Below are positions 22,757 to 32,170 of a stretch of DNA of 64,000 nt, one piece after another (position 1 is the stretch's first letter; the number at the start of each line of letters is the position of its first letter). The notes below the pieces were generated by a model. It ran no database searches, was not told the DNA's origin, and worked only from the letters and a program-made list of their open reading frames with translations. Source of the stretch: an uncultured Verrucomicrobiae bacterium (GTDB taxonomy: Bacteria; Verrucomicrobiota; Verrucomicrobiia; Chthoniobacterales; Terrimicrobiaceae); contig CAVPOC010000003.1 in the NCBI GenBank assembly GCA_963706955.1, forward strand, positions 128,001-192,000, written 5' to 3'. A program made the position numbers and the translations under genes.

Positions 22757-23731
22757 CTAGGACCCTGGTGGGCGATTTAAAACTGCACTCTTCTTGCTGC
22801 GACCAGATTCCAGCGAGCTGCGATCCCATTTTCCGAGATTCGCGGCAACGTCGTAGGTGGTTTGTAGGAAATCGAGCAGTATGCTGTCCGGCGACTCTGA
22901 CTGTTGGACAACATGGTACGGAAGAATGAATTCCCGAAGATCGCTGCTGTAGAAAGCTGCGCCCGGCTGGACAGACGCGGCCGCGAACCCACTCGGCTCC
23001 GGATAAGCATAAGAGTAAAACGCGGCGTAAGGTATCGGACCTCCGCCGGGCCAGAATCCGCAGCTACTGACCTCCTGCGAGTATGCTTCGCGCGTTACCC
23101 AGTCCGGCAGGTTTGGAATGCCCCCGGGATGTTCTGGGGCGCTTCGTCCCGAAAACCGAGTGACGGCTAAGTCGGGGGAACCCCAGAAAAAGTGCACCGG
23201 ACTGCACTTGCCGGTAAATCGCGCCCGAAACTGTTTGAAAACCCGGTCAGCTTGCACAAGGATCCGCCAGAATCGATTGGCGTACTCCCTGTCATACGCG
23301 CGGTGAGTCTCATCCTGGTCGAAGCGAATCGGTTCAGGAACTTCATTAGGTTTACGATAGATCTTCACGGCGAGGTCGAGCTTGCTCAATCCCTCCATGA
23401 GATTCGCGTAAAAGGCGGCCACTGATTGCGGTTCGAGCGCAATGCGAATGGCCCGGCCGTCGCTCGCCTGCACTGTCAACTGGTGATCTACGAAATCGAA
23501 ATCGATTTCGAATGTTCGACTGCCGTACGGAACCGGTGATGTCGTGAGACCTCTAGTCGTTACATACAATGTGACATGCCAGGAATGGTTCAGCCACGGA
23601 GTTTGGGTGAGCCTAACCTTGCCGACGATCTGCATCCACAGGTGTAAAGTGGCGTAGGTCTCACTCCAAGCGCCGAGAGAAAGGGCTGGCCATGTTTCCG
23701 GTCGTGGGGCAGCAGTCAGTGGTTCTTCCAT
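22757..23731 (-). CDS. DUF5996-like protein
   Basis: TLHLWMQIVGKVRL, NHSWHVTLY, GKCSPVHFFWGSPDLAVTRFSGR, FYSYAYPEP. Confidence 0.8.
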   Translation of the reverse strand: MEEPLTAAPRPETWPALSLGAWSETYATLHLWMQIVGKVRLTQTPWLNHSWHVTLYVTTRGLTTSPVPYGSRTFEIDFDFVDHQLTVQASDGRAIRIALEPQSVAAFYANLMEGLSKLDLAVKIYRKPNEVPEPIRFDQDETHRAYDREYANRFWRILVQADRVFKQFRARFTGKCSPVHFFWGSPDLAVTRFSGRSAPEHPGGIPNLPDWVTREAYSQEVSSCGFWPGGGPIPYAAFYSYAYPEPSGFAAASVQPGAAFYSSDLREFILPYHVVQQSESPDSILLDFLQTTYDVAANLGKWDRSSLESGRSKKSAVLNRPPGS

Positions 23732-24055
23732 CAGCTCGCAAGGTCTAACAATTGAATAGTGTTTTCAATAAATTAGCCCGAATTTACACTGAACCGTTTC
23801 GCCCTCTTATTCAGTGTCTCAATCTCCGTCCAACGATCGTTGACGATGGCCGCGAAACCGGCTTTCAACACGGTAAAACGTTCGTCACGAAGCGACGCGG
23901 GGTTCGGATTTCTTCCTCTCGCCAAGCGGAGGACTCATGCCGATCCGGGCGGTCAGATCGTCAGGTCCTCGGACGTCGGATGAGGACCTCGACGTAGGGC
24001 AACCCGTGCTTGCGCGTGGCGCTGACCACTCCACAAGGGAAAGGCAATCATGAAA

Positions 24056-24529
24056 CTAAGTATACTTCCGGCGGAGGCCCCGACCAGAGGCGGCCGCGAG
24101 CGCCTCGCCGGCCGTCCAGAGTGCCACGCCCAGCAGCACGATGTCCTTGAGCACGAACTGTCCAGGCATCGCCGACAGGGCCGGAAACCCTCCTAAGCTC
24201 GGCTCCCAACCTGGGGTCGTGATCAGGAAGGTCAGGGTGGTCAGGAACATGCCCGCGGCCAACCCGCTGCCCGCCGCGGACCCGATCGGCCACACCGGCC
24301 GAAGCGCGATGAGCAGCCCAATGGCGATCTCGATCACGCCCAACAGCGCCGAGAACGTCGTGACGCTCATGAAGCCGTAAACCCAACCCATCAGCGGGCT
24401 GTTCGCCACCAGCGGCCGGATCCCCTCGGCCTCGTAGGCGGTGAACTTCATCCCGCCAATCCAGAACAGCACGAGCACCAAGCCGTACCGGGCGACGTGC
24501 TTGCCGATCGTCTGAAGGCGGTCGCTCAT
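24056..24529 (-). CDS. DUF417/YkgB (RclC-like) inner-membrane protein
   Basis: WIGGMKFTAYEAEGIRPLVANSP, FLITTPG, GQFVLKD. Confidence 0.85.
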   Translation of the reverse strand: MSDRLQTIGKHVARYGLVLVLFWIGGMKFTAYEAEGIRPLVANSPLMGWVYGFMSVTTFSALLGVIEIAIGLLIALRPVWPIGSAAGSGLAAGMFLTTLTFLITTPGWEPSLGGFPALSAMPGQFVLKDIVLLGVALWTAGEALAAASGRGLRRKYT

Positions 24530-24843
24530 GACAACACCTCGCTGGTGGGTGACACCCGGCGGCAGGCGCATGCTATCATCTCGGCCGCCGGCTCATCCAA
24601 AAAGAACTTGGGAATCGTCTTGAGCGTCAAACAAAAGAAGGTGGGAATGACGACGGCGTCATCCAGATGTCCGACTACTGGAATGAGATCGGGAACGATG
24701 TCGAGCGGCGTCGCGACGTAGGCCACTGCCGAACCAAGCAACCACTTCGTCAGCTTTGGTGTTCGCGGGTCAGCCAAAAAAATGTTCCGGTAAAGCTGAA
24801 GCTCTCGTTTGAATCTCAGGAATAGTTTCTTCAGCTTGTTCAC
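24526..24843 (-). CDS. YkvA/DUF1232-family protein, C-terminus possibly damaged
   Basis: DPRTP, YVATPLDIVPDLIPVVGHLDD. Confidence 0.75.
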   Translation of the reverse strand: MNKLKKLFLRFKRELQLYRNIFLADPRTPKLTKWLLGSAVAYVATPLDIVPDLIPVVGHLDDAVVIPTFFCLTLKTIPKFFLDEPAAEMIACACRRVSPTSEVLS

Positions 24844-25242
24844 GTCTAACGACCGAAGCTTAGGGCCGGCGACGACGAGACGCGTCGATTTCAACGCGAC
24901 GGCCCGCCGCCGTTCGCTGCGGCGCATGATTCTGTCACCTTCGGATATCATACCAATTGGAGTGATTCGCTGCCGAAAGGCGCTCCTGGCCGTTCATTCG
25001 TAGAGCCATCTATCTCGAGGCGAAGCTCAACGTCAAGCGCGAGATGAGTCAATCCTTCGACAAACCTCGAGACGCGGACTTTAAGCAGTGGCCGCCGAGA
25101 AGCGCGAACAGCGCTGCGAAAATGCGCTGCAGACGAGATTGGCAGCGAACAAGCGGCCTCGCGTCGCTCTTGGACGAAGGATCCCAGTAGCGGCCAAGGC
25201 TAAAATACCTGACAGGCAGGCTAAGGCGTGCTAAGCAAGAGA

Positions 25243-26472
25243 ATGACTCGAACCCTGCGCGAACGGTATCGCGACGTTCGCGGGCGCACGCGACAGATCT
25301 TCGGTTTGATCGAACCTGAGGCGTTTGACATCCGGCCAATTCCGCTGCGGCATCCCATTCGCTTCTACGAGGGACATCTGGCGTCGTTCAATTTCGGTAT
25401 GCTGCTCCAGAGCGGCTTCGTGAAGGATGATCCGCAGCCAGAGCTGACGACTCTCTTCGCTCGCGGCATAGATCCTCTGGATAAATCGTCGGCAGACAAA
25501 CTCACTATCAAGAGGTGGCCTGATCGGGCTGTCGTTGAGGACTACGTTGCGCGAGTGGAAAGCGAAATGTCCCGCGCGTTCGAAGCGGAGATTGATCCGA
25601 TCTATCTCCACACGGCGGTCGAACACGAAGAGATGCACCAGGAGACCTTGATCTATCTCATCCACCAACTGCCCCATGATCTTAAGCGAAAACCAACGGC
25701 CGCCCGAATCGATAGTGCGGGATCTCCACCGCCGGCATCATGGGTCCAAATTGAAGCAGGCGTTGTCCAGCTTGGAGCTGATCCAAAGACAGGACCCTTT
25801 GGGTGGGACAATGAATTTCCGCCAACGCGAATCGAGGTGAGGACGGCGGAGATCGCATCGCGCAAGGTTAGCAATGGCGACTTTCTGGAATTCGTCAATG
25901 CTGGCGGATACAGCGATGCAAAGCTGTGGAGTGAGAGCGGTTGGCGGGCCGTTCAAGAAGGCCATATCAGTGGGCCGCCGTTTTGGAGCCGTGAAAATGG
26001 CGAGTGGCAATACAAGGGTTTATTCGAATCGATACCGCTCCCGCTCGATTGGCCGGTCTACCTGAGCCACATTGAGGCGCGCGCTTTCACGCAATGGCGA
26101 GGTTGCCGGCTGCCGACTGAAGCTGAATGGCACCGAGCGTTCGAAAGCGCTCCAGCCCCACAACCCGAGCGGGACAACTTCGACTTTGTCGCTTGGAATC
26201 CGTCGCCGGTCTCCGCCGGGAACGGCAGCCTCTTTCAGCTCGCCGGCAATGGTTGGGAATGGACAAGCGTTCCGTTCGAAGGCTTCCCCGGTTTTAAGCC
26301 TTTCCCGCACTACCCCGGCTACTCGGCGGATTTCTTCGATGGACTGCATTTCGTCTTGAAAGGAGCCTCCCCCGTTACTCCGGCCGCACTGGTGCGCACG
26401 AGTTTTCGCAACTGGTTTCAAGATCACTATCGCTATGCCTACACCGCCTTCCGATGCGCGCGCGACCTCTGA
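25243..26472 (+). CDS. egtB: Ergothioneine sulfoxide synthase (DinB-like + FGE-sulfatase domains)
   Basis: RHPIRFYEGH, iron motif HEEMHQE (HX3HXE), FGWDNE, RLPTEAEW, GNGWEWT, YPGYSADFFDG, FRNWF. Confidence 0.88.
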   Translation: MTRTLRERYRDVRGRTRQIFGLIEPEAFDIRPIPLRHPIRFYEGHLASFNFGMLLQSGFVKDDPQPELTTLFARGIDPLDKSSADKLTIKRWPDRAVVEDYVARVESEMSRAFEAEIDPIYLHTAVEHEEMHQETLIYLIHQLPHDLKRKPTAARIDSAGSPPPASWVQIEAGVVQLGADPKTGPFGWDNEFPPTRIEVRTAEIASRKVSNGDFLEFVNAGGYSDAKLWSESGWRAVQEGHISGPPFWSRENGEWQYKGLFESIPLPLDWPVYLSHIEARAFTQWRGCRLPTEAEWHRAFESAPAPQPERDNFDFVAWNPSPVSAGNGSLFQLAGNGWEWTSVPFEGFPGFKPFPHYPGYSADFFDGLHFVLKGASPVTPAALVRTSFRNWFQDHYRYAYTAFRCARDL

Positions 26473-27385
26473 GAGGGCGTTTGCGGAAATGGTGCGAGCC
26501 GGACTATGCGCTCAGCAGAAAAAACTCCAGCCAGCCTATTTTTACGATGCGCTCGGCTCGGCGCTGTTTGACGCGATCACGCGCCTGCCGGAATACACGA
26601 TTACGCGAGCCGAGACCGCACTGTTGCGCGCGCATGGACGCGCGATCATTGCAGCGGCAGGCACTAATCTTGAACTCGTTGAGCTAGGTCCAGGCAACGG
26701 TGAAAAGCTTCCGTTGCTCTTGAAACATTGTCCAAACTGCCGCGTTCATCTGATCGACGTTTCCGCGACCGCCCTCGAAAGTGCGCGCAGAAGACTTCAG
26801 GAAGCTTTCGATGTTGAGATTTCGTGGTGCGAAGCGCAATTTGCCGAAGGCCTCACGTCGCTCCACCCATCGCCATGCAAACGCCTGGTGCTCTTTCCTG
26901 GGCTCGAATATCGGGAACTTTACCCTCGGGAGGCAACCGATTTTCTGCGGATTGTTCAGCGCTCACTCTCGGCGGGGGATATGCTTCTGGTCGGCGTTGA
27001 TCTCGTGAAATCAGAGCAGCAACTGCTCGCAGCCTATGATGATCCGCTCGGGGTAACAGCTGCGTTCAACAAGAACATTCTCCTGCGTATCAATCGTGAG
27101 CTGGACGCGAATTTCGACCTCCTGGCGTTTGATCACCGCGCCCTCTGGAATGCCGCTGCGAGTCGGATCGAGATGCATTTGCTTAGCCTTTTCGATCAAA
27201 CCGTCCACATCGCCGCCCTCAAGCTTGACGTGCCCTTCGTTGCCGGGGAAACGATTTGGACTGAAAGCTCCCACAAATACACCGAGGCAGGTTTTCGCGA
27301 CCTCGTTCAAAAGAGCGGCTTCCAGCCTGTCGACCAGTGGCTGGCGGAGGAGCAATCGTTCCTCGAGCTACTCGTCGCGGCGTGA
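26435..27385 (+). CDS. egtD: L-histidine N-alpha-trimethyltransferase
   Basis: YFYDALGSALFDAIT-LPEY, VELGPG, AYDDPLGVTAAFNKN, RIEMHL, TESSHKY; FLGSNIGNF lies out of frame between two compensating indels. Confidence 0.92.
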   Translation: MPTPPSDARATSERAFAEMVRAGLCAQQKKLQPAYFYDALGSALFDAITRLPEYTITRAETALLRAHGRAIIAAAGTNLELVELGPGNGEKLPLLLKHCPNCRVHLIDVSATALESARRRLQEAFDVEISWCEAQFAEGLTSLHPSPCKRLVLFPGLEYRELYPREATDFLRIVQRSLSAGDMLLVGVDLVKSEQQLLAAYDDPLGVTAAFNKNILLRINRELDANFDLLAFDHRALWNAAASRIEMHLLSLFDQTVHIAALKLDVPFVAGETIWTESSHKYTEAGFRDLVQKSGFQPVDQWLAEEQSFLELLVAA

Positions 27386-28119
27386 TCAAGTTTCGGGGCG
27401 TCAGCAAACGATTCGGAGACGGCGCTCCCGCGCTCGCGAACATCGATCTGGAAATTCCGGCGCGACAAACCAGCGTTCTCATTGGTCCCAGCGGTTGCGG
27501 CAAATCGACGCTCCTGCGCTTGATTATTGGCCTGCTCGAGCCGACCAGCGGGGTGGTCGAAGTGGCTGGCCACCAGGTGAGTCGCGCCGGAATTCTCGAG
27601 CTCCGGCGGCGAGTTGGCTATGTCATCCAGGACGGCGGATTATTCCCGCACCTGACGGCTCGCGAAAACATCACCCTCATGGCGCAGCATCTCCACTCCC
27701 CCGCCGACCAGATTAATACGCGCCTGGCGGAGCTTTGCGAGCTGACACGATTCGCGAGCCAAAATCTCGACCGCTATCCGGTCGAACTCTCCGGTGGACA
27801 GCGCCAGCGCGTCAGTCTCATGCGGGCGCTCATGCTCAAGCCTGAACTGCTTCTGCTCGACGAGCCGCTGGGTGCGCTCGATCCACTCGTCCGGGCACGT
27901 CTCCAGCAAGACCTGAAGGAAATTTTCGCGCAACTCGCGCAGACTATTGTTTTGGTTACGCACGATATGGCTGAAGCGGCGTTTCTTGGCGACACCCTGG
28001 TTTTGATGAACGAGGGGCGCATCGCGCAAGAGGGCCGCCTGGAGGATCTGCGGAAGCGCCCGGCGTCGCCCTTCGTTTCCGAGTTTATGAATGCTCAGCG
28101 TGGGTTGGCTGGACTATGA
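27382..28119 (+). CDS. OpuA/ProV-like ABC ATP-binding protein
   Basis: GPSGCGKST, GYVIQDGGLFPH, LSGGQRQR, LLLDEP; GTG start overlaps the egtD stop. Confidence 0.93.
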   Translation: MIKFRGVSKRFGDGAPALANIDLEIPARQTSVLIGPSGCGKSTLLRLIIGLLEPTSGVVEVAGHQVSRAGILELRRRVGYVIQDGGLFPHLTARENITLMAQHLHSPADQINTRLAELCELTRFASQNLDRYPVELSGGQRQRVSLMRALMLKPELLLLDEPLGALDPLVRARLQQDLKEIFAQLAQTIVLVTHDMAEAAFLGDTLVLMNEGRIAQEGRLEDLRKRPASPFVSEFMNAQRGLAGL

Positions 28120-29585
28120 GAATGTTGCTGGCCGCTCTGCTCATGGGAGGGGCATGCGGCATGGCTGCGGAGATCAGCATCGGCTCCAAGCGTTTCACGG
28201 AAAGCTACGTCCTTGGAGAGATCGCGACCAGGCTCCTGCGCGACCAAGGGATCAAGGCCAAACATCGACAGGGCATGGGCGGATCCGTCATCCTTTGGGA
28301 GGCGCTCAAGGGCGGGGCTATCGGTGCCTACCCCGAATACACCGGCACGATCACGGAAGAGATCCTCCACACCGGAGAGCGCTTGCCTCTGGAGGGCATC
28401 GCGACCGAGTTGGCCCGCCAGGGCGTCGGCATCACCGGTGAGCTCGGATTCAACAATACCTACGCGTTGGTCATGCGGCGCGATGCTGCCGAGCGGCTCG
28501 GCATCCGGCGAATCAGCGATCTGAAAAATCATCCCGATCTGCGGCTGGGTTTAACCCATGAATTCCTCGAACGGCAAGACGGCTGGAGGCCGCTGAGCGC
28601 GCGGTATGGCCTTGGAATGCGCGACGTGCGCGGCGTTGATCACGCCCTTGGATATGCGGCGCTCGCCAACCAGTCTATCGATGTGAAGGACGCGTATTCG
28701 ACCGACGCAAAGATCGCCGAAAACGACCTCGTCGTGCTCGAAGATGACGCACAGTTCTTCCCGCAATATCAGGCCGTGTTCCTCTACCGGCTCGATCTCG
28801 CCCCCGAAGCAATCTCGGCGCTCAAACGGCTCGAGCACACGCTGGACGAAAAGCGTATGACAGAGCTGAATGCGAAGGCCGAGCGCACGAAAGATTATGC
28901 ACAAGCCGCAGCGCTCTATTTTGGCGACCAGACGGTTCGGGCGGATGCCGGAACGAGCGCGAGAAAGATCGCCCACTGGACTGCACAGCACCTGACGCTC
29001 GTCAGCATTTCCCTTCTGCTGGCAATCATCGTTGGCATTCCTCTCGGCATTGCTGCGTCTCGTCCAGGCGCCATCGGGCATTTCATCTTGAGCGCGGCCG
29101 GCGTGGTGCAGACAATCCCTGCGCTCGCGTTGCTGGCACTCCTTGTGCCCGTTCCCGGACTTGGGATTAGCGCCGCCACGGCAATCCTGGCGTTGTTCCT
29201 TTACAGCCTGCTGCCCATCATTCGCAATACCGCGACCGGGCTTCAGGACATTCCGCTCCCGCTCCGTGAATCTGCCGCCGCTCTTGGTCTCGAGCCGGGG
29301 GCGCAGCTGCGGAAAATTTTCTTGCCGATTGCCTCACGGACAATCCTGGCTGGAATTAAGACCAGCGCGGTGATCAATGTGGGCTCAGCAACGCTTGCCG
29401 CGCTGATCGGCGCAGGTGGGCTTGGAGAGCCTATCATTAGCGGGCTTAATTTGAACGACCATGCGACGATTCTTCAGGGAGCGATTCCCGCTGCACTTCT
29501 TGCGCTGCTCGTGCAGATGGGATTCGGCGCGCTCGATCGCCTCCTGATCCCACGCGGACTGCGCCTTGCACCCCACAAAGAGTAG
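28116..29585 (+). CDS. Betaine-type ABC substrate-binding + permease fusion
   Basis: IGSKRFTES, YPEYTGT, GFNNTYAL, AYSTD, FFPQY, then a permease (QTIPALAL, ESAAALG, IGAGGLG). Confidence 0.92.
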   Translation: MRMLLAALLMGGACGMAAEISIGSKRFTESYVLGEIATRLLRDQGIKAKHRQGMGGSVILWEALKGGAIGAYPEYTGTITEEILHTGERLPLEGIATELARQGVGITGELGFNNTYALVMRRDAAERLGIRRISDLKNHPDLRLGLTHEFLERQDGWRPLSARYGLGMRDVRGVDHALGYAALANQSIDVKDAYSTDAKIAENDLVVLEDDAQFFPQYQAVFLYRLDLAPEAISALKRLEHTLDEKRMTELNAKAERTKDYAQAAALYFGDQTVRADAGTSARKIAHWTAQHLTLVSISLLLAIIVGIPLGIAASRPGAIGHFILSAAGVVQTIPALALLALLVPVPGLGISAATAILALFLYSLLPIIRNTATGLQDIPLPLRESAAALGLEPGAQLRKIFLPIASRTILAGIKTSAVINVGSATLAALIGAGGLGEPIISGLNLNDHATILQGAIPAALLALLVQMGFGALDRLLIPRGLRLAPHKE

Positions 29586-29760
29586 TTTTCCGACGATCGT
29601 AGACTGCCGATATGGTTGCCAATGTGCCACTTTCGAGCGGGTGCCAAATGGCCGGAGAACGTTCAGCGCGAGGACCGATCCGAAGTTCTCATGTCGTAGC
29701 AGTCACATTCAAGTGCTTAGCCATGCCCGTCCCAGCCGGACCCGGTTCGCTTGTCGAAAT

Positions 29761-30529
<769 letters not shown>

Positions 30530-30788
30530 GCGTTCGTCTCTCCTACTTCAAATTCGCGCTACGACGATTCGGCGTCGGGGATGCCGGTGCGGGAACGGGC
30601 GGTCCATTCGAACTGCTAAAAAAGTGATACCTGTAGTCGCATACTTCCGCGGAATTTTTTTGCTGCCGGCGCATTTCTTTGGATCATCGGATACCGAGCG
30701 CGGAATGACTGCCGCTCTCGCAGCCTGATTTCTGCGAAAAACTTATCAAGTCAAAACTCATTCAAGCCAGGTGCAACTTTATCTATGA

Positions 30789-31583
30789 CTAGGATCGCGA
30801 CGGAGGCTGCTCGAAATAGCGCGCCCGAAGTGGCTGGAGATAGTAATCGTTCAAGGTGTTCAATGCTTCGCGCGCGAGGGTAAATTTTTGCGCAAGATCC
30901 TTGAAGACGGATCCCGGCCACGGCGGTTCTGGCTCTCGCGCGGCCAGCAAGTAGAAGCGCCGGCCTTCACGCTCGTAATCGGCAACGGCGCGTGCGCGCG
31001 TGAATCGACTCCGCGGCCGCCGAGTGAAAAAAGAACTACGATCCGGATAGATTCCCGTGAGGAAGAGCGAGATGTCAGCGACTCGTTTGTAAAGACGCGG
31101 CTTGAGCGCCGGGTCAACCAATTGGCAGAGCGCAATCATGTCGTCGATGTCGAGATCGCTGAATTTGCGTTTATGCCAGGCACCACGCTCCTTCCAATAA
31201 ACCAGGCTGGTATTGGTGCGAACGAACGAGCAGAGCATTTCGATCAGATACTCGCGGGTGACCGCCTCACTCAGCAACTGCGTGGCCTGTGAAGCTTCGA
31301 AAACCGGGATCCGTTTGCCTCGCTCATCTCTCTCAAACATGAAAGAGCGGCCTTCCAGATCGCGACGAACCCGGCGTAGCAGCACGGCAAACATCAGATA
31401 CGGCGAGACGCGCACGAACACTTCCTCGTCATTGAGAAGTCGCTCTGCCAGCTTCGGATCGTCCAGCATCGCCTCCAGCAGTTCTTCCTTGTCGCGCACG
31501 AGCTCAATAATGTGATCGTGGTCTCGTCGCCGTGTCGCCACCGTCTCCACGACGAATTTCAAATCCGAGTCAGTTAGGCGCAT
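30789..31583 (-). CDS. Hypothetical helical protein
   Basis: Long open frame with protein-like composition (VSPYLMFAVLLRR, YKRVADISLFLTGIYPD); no function recognised. Confidence 0.75.
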   Translation of the reverse strand: MRLTDSDLKFVVETVATRRRDHDHIIELVRDKEELLEAMLDDPKLAERLLNDEEVFVRVSPYLMFAVLLRRVRRDLEGRSFMFERDERGKRIPVFEASQATQLLSEAVTREYLIEMLCSFVRTNTSLVYWKERGAWHKRKFSDLDIDDMIALCQLVDPALKPRLYKRVADISLFLTGIYPDRSSFFTRRPRSRFTRARAVADYEREGRRFYLLAAREPEPPWPGSVFKDLAQKFTLAREALNTLNDYYLQPLRARYFEQPPSRS

Positions 31584-31625
31584 TTTCTTGCCAATTGCGA
31601 GCCGTATGCGACGCGCAGCTGTGTT

Positions 31626-31790
31626 AACCACAGAGTGCACAGAGGACACAGAGGAAAGTCAAAAAGGATTCCTTTTGCGCTTCTAATCAGCCAGCGGACA
31701 TTGAAGTTCGTGCGGGTAAATGGCTGACCTCTTAACAGCGCTAGTCATCTCTTTGTTCCGAAACTCTGTGTCCTCTGTGTTCTCTGTGGT
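31626..31790 (-). mobile_element. Miniature inverted-repeat element, copy A
   Basis: Ends are 3x9-nt ACCACAGAG-type inverted repeats; interior reads TTENTEDTEFRNKEMTSAVKRSAIYPH / NFNVRWLIRSAKGIL. Confidence 0.75.
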
Positions 31791-31837
31791 ACGCATTTCC
31801 CGCCATTGGCTTTAGAAACAAGCCTGCTACTTAACGG

Positions 31838-31900
31838 TTTGTAGAGGCCCGTGAGCCAGAGGCCTGTCTTCGGGCGGTTTGACACAGCCGCCTCTACAAA
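31838..31900. repeat. GTAG-class REP-like doublet
   Basis: TTTGTAGAGG ... CCTCTACAAA inverted ends with an internal GCGG..CCGC palindrome. Confidence 0.6.
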
Positions 31901-31959
31901 GGAGAAAGGGCGCCGCTAGATAGCGACGTCAGATGATAGCCCTGGCCACCCTCCTTATT

Positions 31960-32109
31960 GAGGACACGGAGGAGAGCCATGGAGGATGCGTTTTGCGCAT
32001 CTGATCACCCGTCGGATATTGAAATTGGCGCCCGCAATTCGCTGGCCCGACAACACCCTAGTAGTATCTGTGCCAGGCAACTCTGTGTCCTCTGCGTTCT
32101 CTGTGGTTA
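31960..32109 (-). mobile_element. Miniature inverted-repeat element, copy B
   Basis: Same ends, left end partial; interior TTENAEDTELP...NFNIRRVIRCAKRIL is homologous to copy A. Confidence 0.72.
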
Positions 32110-32170
32110 GCGAACTTCAATCGCTTGGACCCGTCTTCCTCTCGCTCTGACGCGATCTTCATAGAAGAAC

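Noticed and set aside
31626..32109. CACAGAG repeats as a CRISPR array
   Set aside because: Units are 9-nt tandem and inverted, with no regular repeat-spacer period and no cas genes.
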